Source: a virus
IMG/VR virus record: IMGVR_UViG_3300042370_000007
Location: 3,188 to 67,187 of that record
Reading direction: 5' to 3' (one strand)
DNA: 64,000 nucleotides
Shown: positions 9,332-17,426 of the stretch, one piece after another
Numbering within the stretch: the first letter of the stretch is position 1
Layout of the letters: each line of letters opens with the position of its first letter
Notes under the pieces: model-generated
What the model saw: the letters and a program-made list of their open reading frames with translations, nothing else
Databases searched by the model: none
Told to the model about the DNA's origin: nothing
Made by a program: the position numbers and the translations under genes

Positions 9332-9350
9332 TGCCGGGAAACCGCCCGGC
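9332..9350. repeat. 19-bp direct repeat copy 2 (hairpin), upstream of the RyR gene
   Basis: TGCCGGGAAACCGCCCGGC. Confidence 0.9.
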
Positions 9351-9361
9351 GCGGATCCGCT

Positions 9362-9658
9362 TCAGGGATGATGACGGTCGTCGTCGCCCTGTACGAGGCG
9401 GCGCACCGCGGCGAGGCGGCGCCGGCAGTCGTCGCCGGCTGCTGCGAGGTCGACCAGGAACTCGGCGACGTCGGCCTGCGTGACCTCGCCAGCCGGTACC
9501 GGCGGCTCAGCGGCGCATTGCAGGATCGAGGCTGGGATCGCCGGCCGCTCGACCTGGATCCTGGTGATCACCGCCGGAGCCGGGGGGCCGCTGGCGCAGG
9601 CCGTCGAGAGCAGCGCGGAGAGCAGGAGCAACGGGCGGATCGGACGGGGTAGCGGCAC
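9362..9658 (-). CDS. Rz1-like outer-membrane spanin lipoprotein
   Basis: Lipobox LSTAC, Pro-rich, overlaps the 3' end of the Rz-like gene. Confidence 0.8.
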   Translation of the reverse strand: MPLPRPIRPLLLLSALLSTACASGPPAPAVITRIQVERPAIPASILQCAAEPPVPAGEVTQADVAEFLVDLAAAGDDCRRRLAAVRRLVQGDDDRHHP

Positions 9659-9962
9659 GGCGGATGCTCCGTTTCAGGTCGTTGTAGCGGGCGTCGGCGG
9701 CGCGCTGCGCGGCCTGGGCATCGGCGGCAGCGGCATCGGCCGCCGCCGACCAGGCGCGCAGCCGATCGACGGCCGCGAGGTTTTCGGCATTGGTTTCGAC
9801 CGCTGTGGCGAGGCTCTGGCGCAGCGCGCCGACCTCCTGGCGCGCCGCATCGCGCTCTACCGTCAGGCCGGCGATGCGCCACTTCGCCAGCCCGGCCGCG
9901 GCCAGGACCAGCGCGATCGCGCCGGCATAGAGCGCCAGGCGCAGATTGGAGAGCCCGAACAT
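9507..9962 (-). CDS. Rz-like inner-membrane spanin
   Basis: N-terminal TM (MFGLSNLRLALYAGAIALVLAAAGL) followed by an Ala-rich coiled coil; lysis cassette position. Confidence 0.8.
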   Translation of the reverse strand: MFGLSNLRLALYAGAIALVLAAAGLAKWRIAGLTVERDAARQEVGALRQSLATAVETNAENLAAVDRLRAWSAAADAAAADAQAAQRAADARYNDLKRSIRRAATPSDPPVAPALRAALDGLRQRPPGSGGDHQDPGRAAGDPSLDPAMRR

Positions 9963-9964
9963 GA

Positions 9965-10633
9965 TCAGTCCTTCGGTCGGCGGTGGGTAAACCAGTGCCG
10001 CGCGATCAGCCCGAGCCCGCCCAGCAGGCAACCGGCGACGAACAGCCAGGTGACGTGGTGCGGCGCCAGACCAGACATGTCGGCAAGGTTGCCGACCAGG
10101 CGCTTGCCATGGTCGCTGGCGTCGGCCGCCTGCCCGGCCAGGCCGAGGCCAGCACCGATGCCGACAGCCGTGATGCCGGCCGGCGAGAACCCCGCCGTTG
10201 CCGGGGCCGGTTCGGCCGAGAACGTGCCGGCGCCGGGCGGGAACGGCGTACCGAAGGTGCGTGCCGAACCCAGGCCGATGTGCATCAGGCCCTCAGCCGG
10301 ATAGCGCCCGATCTCGGTGAAGCCGGCGCCCCTGGCGGCAGCCTCGAACTGTGCGGGATCGTGGTTGAGCATGCCGACGCAGAAGGCCGAACCGGTCAGG
10401 TGGCCCGAGCCGGAGCCGCCCCCGGCCCGCCGGTTGTTGGCGGCCGACCTGTACCCTGAGATGACCATCACCGGCTTGCCGAGGTGATCGCGCAGCGCCT
10501 GCAGGCGATCGAGCGCCACCTCGTCGACCACGATCTCCCCGGTCAGCCGGTCAGCGATCTCCGCCGGCGGAAAATCGCGCCAGCGCCAGGCCTCGGCCGG
10601 GATGTCGCGCCAATGGGCGTAACGCTCGACCAT
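9965..10633 (-). CDS. Peptidase M15/YcbK-like lysin domain with C-terminal TM segments (active site altered)
   Basis: ISGYRS..NN...GG...S.H..G.AFC...NHDPAQFE...MHIG pattern plus a hydrophobic C-tail. Confidence 0.75.
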   Translation of the reverse strand: MVERYAHWRDIPAEAWRWRDFPPAEIADRLTGEIVVDEVALDRLQALRDHLGKPVMVISGYRSAANNRRAGGGSGSGHLTGSAFCVGMLNHDPAQFEAAARGAGFTEIGRYPAEGLMHIGLGSARTFGTPFPPGAGTFSAEPAPATAGFSPAGITAVGIGAGLGLAGQAADASDHGKRLVGNLADMSGLAPHHVTWLFVAGCLLGGLGLIARHWFTHRRPKD

Positions 10634-10635
10634 GG

Positions 10636-11247
10636 TCAGGCCCGAAGCGCCGCCTTGGCGCGCAGCCAGCGCGCCCGGCGATCATCCAGGCCGATCAGGC
10701 CGCCGTTGATCAGGCGGGTGACCTTCTCGACGTCCCCCGCCTCGGCCGGCGCGTTGCAGCCGCGGGTCCGCCAGTACCAGCCGGCGCAGCGCGCGCCGAT
10801 CGATGGCTGCAGCAGCAGGTCCGGCAGGCCGATCAGGTCAACCCCGAGCGCGGGCCCGGCCGCCGCATAGTTCGACCGGCCGGTGAGCATCGGGACGCCG
10901 CGGCCGCGGTACCGCCAGCCATCGCCCGAGGCCTCGTCTCCGTTGCCCATCCGGCCGGCATAGACGTAGTTGGCCAACCGCTCCGGCGCGCGCTCGTAGG
11001 GCCGGGCAGCATCGATCGTTGGGAAGCGCTTGGGCCAGGTCTTCATCAGCCCCTCGGCGCTGTAGGACAGGCCCTCGACGGTGCGGCTGTAGCCGGCGGT
11101 CTCATGACCGAACTGGGCGATGAACATCGCCTGGGCGGTCGGGGCCGAGATCCCGAACTCGACCATCGCGGCCGACATGGGACCGGCGAAGGATGCGGCG
11201 ATCGCGGCGGAACAGCCGGCAGCGGCGGCGAAGGTTTCGGGGGTCAT
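10636..11247 (-). CDS. Glycoside hydrolase family 19 endolysin
   Basis: AQFGHET, E-G-L-SYS, DGWRYRGRG..LTGRSNY and INGGLIGLDDR motifs; start MTPET (11247). Confidence 0.9.
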   Translation of the reverse strand: MTPETFAAAAGCSAAIAASFAGPMSAAMVEFGISAPTAQAMFIAQFGHETAGYSRTVEGLSYSAEGLMKTWPKRFPTIDAARPYERAPERLANYVYAGRMGNGDEASGDGWRYRGRGVPMLTGRSNYAAAGPALGVDLIGLPDLLLQPSIGARCAGWYWRTRGCNAPAEAGDVEKVTRLINGGLIGLDDRRARWLRAKAALRA

Positions 11248-11266
11248 CGGGTTATCTCCGGACATG

Positions 11267-11288
11267 AAAAAGGCCGCCATGGGCGGCC
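11267..11288 (-). terminator. Intrinsic terminator immediately upstream of the endolysin
   Basis: GGCCGCC-CAT-GGCGGCC followed by TTTTT on the minus strand. Confidence 0.6.
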
Positions 11289-11319
11289 GAATTTGCGAAG
11301 GCGCGAAGGTGCCGCGAGG

Positions 11320-11562
11320 TCAGGCCGGCTCGCGCCGCTGGATCTCTACCGGCCGCGAGCGACGGCGCAGCAATGCCAGGGAGAGGTCCACCATGTGGAC
11401 GTGGGCCACCCGATCATCGATCGCATAGACGTCGGGCCGGCCGCCATCTGCCCTGGGCTCAACCAGCTCGATCGGGCCTTCTGGCGGATCTCGGAAATAC
11501 GGCGGGGTCGACGACGGCCCGGCTGGCCGCGGCTCGCGGTGATCGATGTCGTCGCGGCTCAT
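11320..11562 (-). CDS. Small hypothetical protein
   Basis: ATGA coupling to the holin-like gene. Confidence 0.45.
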   Translation of the reverse strand: MSRDDIDHREPRPAGPSSTPPYFRDPPEGPIELVEPRADGGRPDVYAIDDRVAHVHMVDLSLALLRRRSRPVEIQRREPA

Positions 11563-11846
11563 TCCGCGGCACCGGTACGCTGCGCGATCAGCGCGCGATG
11601 GATTTCCTTCAGCGTGCCCTTGATCTCGCCGAGATCGTCGAGAAAACGGTTCTCGACCTCGCGGACATGCTGGAGCGATGCATACTCGCGGGCGACCAGA
11701 AGCCGAAAGGCAGCGAGTTCACGCTCGGCGAGCAGCTGGCGATCCTCGACGGCCTTCAGCCGGCTGTGGCCCTCGCGCCAGAGCCAGCCGACCAGCGGCA
11801 GCAAGAGCATGGTGAGCACGAGTTGCAGGTCGGCGGAAATCGGCAT
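11559..11846 (-). CDS. Putative holin/single-TM lysis-cassette protein
   Basis: N-terminal TM (LQLVLTMLLLPLVGWLW) plus coiled coil, at the head of the lysis cassette. Confidence 0.55.
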   Translation of the reverse strand: MPISADLQLVLTMLLLPLVGWLWREGHSRLKAVEDRQLLAERELAAFRLLVAREYASLQHVREVENRFLDDLGEIKGTLKEIHRALIAQRTGAAE

Positions 11847-11913
11847 GGCGCCCCCAGAATGAAAATGGGCGCCGCAGCGCCCCGCTGACATGTGTCGTTT
11901 AGGCCCCGGCCGA

Positions 11914-12459
11914 TCAGGGCCAGCCCGCCGCCGGGTCGACCGCGTCGAGCGCAGCGACGTCGGGGGCCGCCAGGGCCTCGTCCTTCAGGTTGCGCGCGTG
12001 CTGCACCACCGCGCCGTACCACGCGCCGACCGCGGCCGCGAGGGCGAGTCCATCGGCAGCGGTCGGCAGCGGCACGCGGTTGTTGTCGACCGCGATCCAC
12101 CCGAGCGCGTAGCTGTCAGGCCAAGCGATCGGCGCCGGCGTCGCCGCCGTGATCAGGACCGTGGTCGCATAGGCCGCCATGCCCGACAGGTCGGCCCGCG
12201 CGCCGTCATGCACGGCGATCCGGGCCGGGCCATAGGGAGCCCCGGCCGCCAGCACCAGATCGCGCTGCGCGTTGATCGCCTCGACCTTGGCCGCCCGAGC
12301 CTCGGCGAGCGTCGGCGCCGGCAACAGCGCCTCGTCGCCGCCTGCCGAGACATAGTCCAGATAGTCGCGGTACTCGCCGTTGCGATCGTCACGCGGGATG
12401 ACCGCGCCATCGGCCAGGCGCCGGATCATGCCGCCCGGGGTCAGCTCATATCGGGTCAT
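11914..12459 (-). CDS. Tail fibre assembly-like protein (DUF4376-type C-terminus)
   Basis: IPRDDRNGEYRDYLDY N-terminus and ARAAKVEAINAQRD...AAPDVAALDAVD; follows the fibre gene. Confidence 0.7.
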   Translation of the reverse strand: MTRYELTPGGMIRRLADGAVIPRDDRNGEYRDYLDYVSAGGDEALLPAPTLAEARAAKVEAINAQRDLVLAAGAPYGPARIAVHDGARADLSGMAAYATTVLITAATPAPIAWPDSYALGWIAVDNNRVPLPTAADGLALAAAVGAWYGAVVQHARNLKDEALAAPDVAALDAVDPAAGWP

Positions 12460-14165
12460 AGCTCGGCCCTCAAAATAATGCGGGAACTGGATGAAGATGA
12501 AACCAGCCGGCTGGCATAGCCCGGCGTCATGCCGCCCGATGCATTGGTCGCCGTTACGGCGACAGCGGCGCCGTCCGCATAGGTGGTGGTGATCCCGGTG
12601 CAAGTCCCGAGGCCGATACCTGCGGTGAATGTCGAAAAGTCGCCGACCGTGGGCGAGAAAGTTGCGGTAGGCCCGGCCATCATTGGCACGCGCAGCGGCA
12701 GCCCGTACACGGCCGTCGTCGCCGACTCGCACATGCCGAACAGATAGATGGTCGATGACTGCCCCTCGCCGTAGACCTGCAGGTGGCGCTGGCACAGCGC
12801 CAACTCTGCCGCATATGGCCGAGCCTCGAACACGGTGGCGCTGGTACCCCGCTCGATCTGCACGTTGCTGATCGACCAGGTCGCGCCGGCGGTCGCCATG
12901 AGGTTGACGCTGCCCGTTGCCCCGAAATAGTTGGCCGCTGCCCAGGTGCCCGCAGCGCCCAGTCCGTTCGACCCGGAACCGAGACAGAAGATCAGATCCA
13001 TACCGACCGCGCCGGGAGTGATTGACCAGGAACCTGACGCGTCGCCCGGTATCGTGACAGAGATCGTCGTGTTCGTGTTGGCCGCGGGGATGCTGTAGGT
13101 GAACGGGAACGACCTATTCGCCGCGCCGTTTCGCAAGCATCCCGAAAAGGTGCCGGTAACGCTCGACCGGGCGATAAACGACAGCGTGACCGACTGCGGG
13201 GTAGCCGCGCCGAACCCCAAATCCGCGACGTTCGGCCCCTCGATCCGCTGCAGAATCGCATAACTGTCGGACGCGCCCGGGCTGGCGGCGGCAGTGCCCA
13301 CGGTCGCAGTGAAAAAATAGGAATATCCACTTCCGCCCGCCCCGCGGGACAGCGTATAGGTGCCCGCGGACCCGACGCCGAACGCCTGCCAACGGTCAAT
13401 CGGGTAGACCCGGGTGGCACTGTTGACCGTCGTAGACCCGCTGATTTGCATGACGCGGAAATCGCCGTTGGCCAGGCGATTGCGGCCGGTGAGCGCGCCC
13501 GAAATCGCCGCCTGCACGAACTGGGTGGTGGCCAGCTGCGTCGTGTTGGTGCCGGCGTTCGCGGTCGGCGCGGTCGGCGTGCCGGTCAGGGCCGGCGATG
13601 CCAGCGGCGCGGCGCCGGAGACGTCGCCGACCGCGAGGGTGACGGCGCCGGTTCGGCCGGCGACCGAGGTAACGCCGCCAGTCGCCCCCGTTGCCCCGGT
13701 TGCGCCCGGCGGCGAGCTGATCTGCACGGTCCATGCGCTTTTCGAGCCGCTGCCGCCGACGGCCGAGGCGGTGGTGGGCACGACGATCGTGACCGAGGTC
13801 CCGCTCGGCGTGGTCTGGACCTGGCCGATCATGTAGTTGGTGGTTGGCGCCGCCTGATCGCTCAGCAGCAGCCACTGGCCGGCAAGCACCGGCAAGGCAG
13901 CGGCCATCGTCAACGTCTTGCTGCCGCTGCCGATCGTGAGCGGCGTCGCCGACGACGTCGGCGCGTAGGTCAGAGACGACGCGGCGGCAGCGGCGGCAGC
14001 GGTCTGCGCGGTCACCGTGCGGTTATAGGTGTCGACCTGTGCCGACATCGCCGGGACAAGGTTGACACGACTACCGCCGTTGGCCAGACCAAGCGGGTTG
14101 GTGACCGCGTCGTACAGGCCGTCGTTGACCACGGTCCCGTTCGGAAAAGTGACGGAGTTAGCCAC
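12456..14165 (-). CDS. Tail fibre/receptor-binding protein
   Basis: SVAGRTGAVTL, SPALTGTPTAPTA and RNRLANGDF...DRW motifs, collagen-like GATGATGATG, C-terminal YAAELALCQRH. Confidence 0.85.
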   Translation of the reverse strand: MANSVTFPNGTVVNDGLYDAVTNPLGLANGGSRVNLVPAMSAQVDTYNRTVTAQTAAAAAAASSLTYAPTSSATPLTIGSGSKTLTMAAALPVLAGQWLLLSDQAAPTTNYMIGQVQTTPSGTSVTIVVPTTASAVGGSGSKSAWTVQISSPPGATGATGATGGVTSVAGRTGAVTLAVGDVSGAAPLASPALTGTPTAPTANAGTNTTQLATTQFVQAAISGALTGRNRLANGDFRVMQISGSTTVNSATRVYPIDRWQAFGVGSAGTYTLSRGAGGSGYSYFFTATVGTAAASPGASDSYAILQRIEGPNVADLGFGAATPQSVTLSFIARSSVTGTFSGCLRNGAANRSFPFTYSIPAANTNTTISVTIPGDASGSWSITPGAVGMDLIFCLGSGSNGLGAAGTWAAANYFGATGSVNLMATAGATWSISNVQIERGTSATVFEARPYAAELALCQRHLQVYGEGQSSTIYLFGMCESATTAVYGLPLRVPMMAGPTATFSPTVGDFSTFTAGIGLGTCTGITTTYADGAAVAVTATNASGGMTPGYASRLVSSSSSSRIILRAEL

Positions 14166-15313
14166 TAAAGGACCTCCTCAAGGCTTAGCAAAATCGTGTT
14201 GCTCGCATAGCTGGTGTATCGGATCCCAGTGCTATCGAGCCTGTTCCGGACGGGGAACGACTTCCGAAGCCACTGCTGGGGTTCTGCCGGGTTCTCGACC
14301 CAGAGGAATGGAACGTCGACGTCGAGCTGACGCTGTAACTCGTAGATCAGCGCTAGGCTCTCACCATCTGGCAGGTTTTCGACCTGCGCCGTGAAACGGC
14401 GCGGCTTGTTCTTCCTCAGGAATGACTTCGTTCCCCCGAATGCCTCGACCTCGACCGAGCGAAAGCGAAAACCCAGTTCGGCACCATAGGAAAAGTTGAC
14501 AGACAGCTGCGTCCCTTGCGCAACCTCGACAACGCCCGCCTGTACGTAGCCAGCGGGGTTGTCCGGGTCTAGGAACTCGACGGTCATCGCGCGAGCCAGA
14601 TAGATCCGGTCGAGCAACACGGGCCTGTGCCAGGCGGTGTCGGCTAGCTGTTCCGTCGTGTACTTGCCATCCCACCAGTTGTTTTCTTCCCATTCCGGGC
14701 TGCCCGAGTACTCAGCGGCTGGGAACACTGGCGGCCAGACCTCGATAAAATCGCTGTCGTACAGGATCGGGCCGATGATGCGGTGCGTGCCGGTGCCAGT
14801 CGTTGAGAAGTCGATGGCGCCCGTGCCAGCCAGTGCACTGGCCTGCGTCGTGTAGAGTTTGAACGTCGACCCTGAGACTGACCCCACGTAATAAACCGTC
14901 CCGCGCACGATTTGCGGCGTGCTGGTGGGCAGCGCATCGCTGCCGCCATAGCCGGTGTAGACGATGCAGCTGTTGCCGTTGACCAGCGCGTGGCCGGTGG
15001 CGGTGATGACGTCCGTCGTGGTGTTGACCGTCCACGCGACCGGCGCACGCTCGTAGAGCCGGACGCGCATCATCGCCTGCAGGGTCAGGTTGTGGTTGCA
15101 GACGCCAACGAGCCGGACACCGCGGTCGCGATCGAACGAGCCGACTACCATCAGGGCATCGGCGCCGAGCCCTGTCGATCGCCAGACCTGCGACAGCGGA
15201 TAGACGGAAACGTTCGATGCAGGATACGACGCGACGCCGGGGCCGCTCCACGTAATCCGATCGGTCCATCGGGGAAATCCAACGACGCAATTGACCGAGT
15301 CCGCAAATCCCAT
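14165..15313 (-). CDS. Distal tail/baseplate-region structural protein with an inserted domain
   Basis: HNLT...RVRL, YDSDFIEVWP, DPDNPAGYV and NFSYGA motifs typical of this tail module. Confidence 0.65.
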   Translation of the reverse strand: MGFADSVNCVVGFPRWTDRITWSGPGVASYPASNVSVYPLSQVWRSTGLGADALMVVGSFDRDRGVRLVGVCNHNLTLQAMMRVRLYERAPVAWTVNTTTDVITATGHALVNGNSCIVYTGYGGSDALPTSTPQIVRGTVYYVGSVSGSTFKLYTTQASALAGTGAIDFSTTGTGTHRIIGPILYDSDFIEVWPPVFPAAEYSGSPEWEENNWWDGKYTTEQLADTAWHRPVLLDRIYLARAMTVEFLDPDNPAGYVQAGVVEVAQGTQLSVNFSYGAELGFRFRSVEVEAFGGTKSFLRKNKPRRFTAQVENLPDGESLALIYELQRQLDVDVPFLWVENPAEPQQWLRKSFPVRNRLDSTGIRYTSYASNTILLSLEEVL

Positions 15314-15314
15314 C

Positions 15315-16955
15315 TCAGCCCCACACGGTGAAAGTTGCTACGTTCGCTGCGGCGTCGTAGGCGATTCGGCAGGCGCGGAAGAGCCGGCCGGCGTCGAGCC
15401 CGTAACGAGGGAACACGATGCGAACCAAGGATAATTCCTGGATCAGCGGCACGGCTGGATGGTTCAGGGCGCAGGTCACGCGCAGCCAAGACCGCTTCGC
15501 GGCCCCTGTTTTCCCAAGCAACGCCTGAATGCTGGCAGCGAGGTTCGCTGCGGCCGTCGCGTCGTAGATCAGCGACTGGATCGTGATCTTGCGAGCATTG
15601 CCGTAGGTATCGGTTACGGCTGTGTCGACGGGGGTCGATGCAGTGCGCCATTCTTTTTCGAGAAACGCCATGCGCGCCAGATCCATCCCCGTGGCGCCAT
15701 AGACCTGGTCGCGGTTCTGCACAGTCCAGTTTTTAGCGTACTCGATTTTGACCTGCTGCGTCGGGGCGCCGCTATCGGCGTCCGGGGCGATGATTTCGAG
15801 GCTAACGATAGGAATATCCGTCGCCGTAGTGACTCCGCCGCCCCCGAAATCCCTAAACGTCGCGACGGGCGATCCGCTCGGGGCCGTAACCTGCCGAATG
15901 CGCCAGATGCCGGAGCTGCGCCAGGTAATCGCTGTGGCCGATGTCGTGATCTGGTCGACGGCGTCGCGGCGCTTGACCTCCTCGACGCCCAACCACAGGC
16001 CGGCCTCGGCCGGGAACGCGGCATCCAGGGCCGTGATGTCGGCCGACGAGATATCGCCCGACAAGACACCCCACGACACCAGCATCCGCTTCCAGATTTG
16101 GGCGGCGGTGCGAGCGGCGGAATTGGCTCCTTCGACGATATCCATCGTCACCGCGCCATCGTCGGCCTGGGCGAATGCGGGCCGCGCGAAGGCGCCCTCG
16201 GCGCCAATGTAGTAGTCCCAAGTGCCGGACGAGGCCGAGTTTGCCAGCAATGCGGCAAGAGATGCCCGGGCAACCCCGGGCGTCATCACCGCGCCCCTGA
16301 TCATCAGGCGGACGCGGGCGTCGGAGGTTGGAGGCAGAGCATCGGCGCTGTCGGCAAACTGGAAAACCGGCAGACTGGTGTTTACGCAGGGCACGGCGAC
16401 GTTCTGGACATAGCCGAACGGTCTTGGCTTCCACTTGTCCTTCAGGTCGGTCACACCTTCGACGCCGGAAGGCAGCGCGTTGTTTCCGAGGTACTGGGTC
16501 AGCTGCGCGGTTTTGTCGACAAGGGACGCAACAGCATCGCGCCAGCGAAAGGTAACGCGGGTGCCGTCGCCTGAAAACTCGAACGTTTCCAACGGACCGG
16601 CATAGATCACCGCAGCATCGGCATAGGCGCCGTCCTCGTCGACAACAAGCAGCCTGGCGTCGATCCCATAAACCGAACAGCCGTGCGCCTGCAGGACGTC
16701 ATAAGGCGGTGGGTCGCCCGGATTGAGCGGAAGAGCCGACAGGACGATGTCGCCCAACGACATTTTCCCGGTACCGAATGCTCGATCGTCGGACCATATC
16801 GTACGATCCAGATCCGCCGCCTGTATGACCGAAGGGGCGTAGAACATCGGCGCGTCCGGAGCGGCGAAACCGGTGCCGGTACACGCGTAGATCGGCTCTG
16901 CTGTAACCGTCACCGGATCGAGGTAGATGATCTCGACAAGGTAGATGCTGGCCAT
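15315..16955 (-). CDS. Tail tip/baseplate hub protein
   Basis: Position after the tape measure; YLGNNALPSGVEGV.DLKDKWKPRPFGYV.NV motif. Confidence 0.7.
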   Translation of the reverse strand: MASIYLVEIIYLDPVTVTAEPIYACTGTGFAAPDAPMFYAPSVIQAADLDRTIWSDDRAFGTGKMSLGDIVLSALPLNPGDPPPYDVLQAHGCSVYGIDARLLVVDEDGAYADAAVIYAGPLETFEFSGDGTRVTFRWRDAVASLVDKTAQLTQYLGNNALPSGVEGVTDLKDKWKPRPFGYVQNVAVPCVNTSLPVFQFADSADALPPTSDARVRLMIRGAVMTPGVARASLAALLANSASSGTWDYYIGAEGAFARPAFAQADDGAVTMDIVEGANSAARTAAQIWKRMLVSWGVLSGDISSADITALDAAFPAEAGLWLGVEEVKRRDAVDQITTSATAITWRSSGIWRIRQVTAPSGSPVATFRDFGGGGVTTATDIPIVSLEIIAPDADSGAPTQQVKIEYAKNWTVQNRDQVYGATGMDLARMAFLEKEWRTASTPVDTAVTDTYGNARKITIQSLIYDATAAANLAASIQALLGKTGAAKRSWLRVTCALNHPAVPLIQELSLVRIVFPRYGLDAGRLFRACRIAYDAAANVATFTVWG

Positions 16956-17048
16956 GCGCGCAACCCGTGTGTTAACAGCCTATAGTTGTAGAGCTTGACC
17001 GCCGTGCCATGTCGTGCTGGTCTGACGCCCCTCGAAATGGAGGCAGTT

Positions 17049-17423
17049 ATGCGGGCAATGATGGTGGCAGCGATTGCGGCGATCGTGGCGACCGGGGCTG
17101 CGGCCGAGGGTGTGCCGATCCCGCCCGATGTCGTGATGCAGGCGCCCTATACCGGACCGTCGCGCGAGGCGCGGGCGACCGGAGACGGCTGGGTGAGCTA
17201 CACTCCGGTCGGCTGCATCACGTATTACGATGACCTGATAAAGGAAACGGTAACGATGCTGTCGACAGCCGAGGGACGTTGGTTCGGCGCGACAAGGGCG
17301 GGATCGGTAGCCGCCTTCAACACGGCCTGCGCCACGTCCGCTAACATGATGTTTTACATGACGCCCGCGAATAATTCGTGGACCCAGTTCCTCATCCAAC
17401 CTGGTTCCAAGCTGTCGAGGTGA
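17049..17423 (+). CDS. Small exported protein, antisense moron within the tail operon
   Basis: GGAGG RBS at 17039, signal peptide MRAMMVAAIAAIVATGAAA-E, two Cys; converges on the tape measure stop. Confidence 0.65.
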   Translation: MRAMMVAAIAAIVATGAAAEGVPIPPDVVMQAPYTGPSREARATGDGWVSYTPVGCITYYDDLIKETVTMLSTAEGRWFGATRAGSVAAFNTACATSANMMFYMTPANNSWTQFLIQPGSKLSR

Positions 17424-17426
17424 ACG

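Noticed and set aside
8909-9350. Mini-CRISPR interpretation of the 19-bp repeats
   Set aside because: Only two copies, 404 bp apart, separated by a whole gene; no cas genes.
12456-14165. Diversity-generating retroelement target in the tail fibre
   Set aside because: No reverse transcriptase and no template/variable repeat pair seen in the window.
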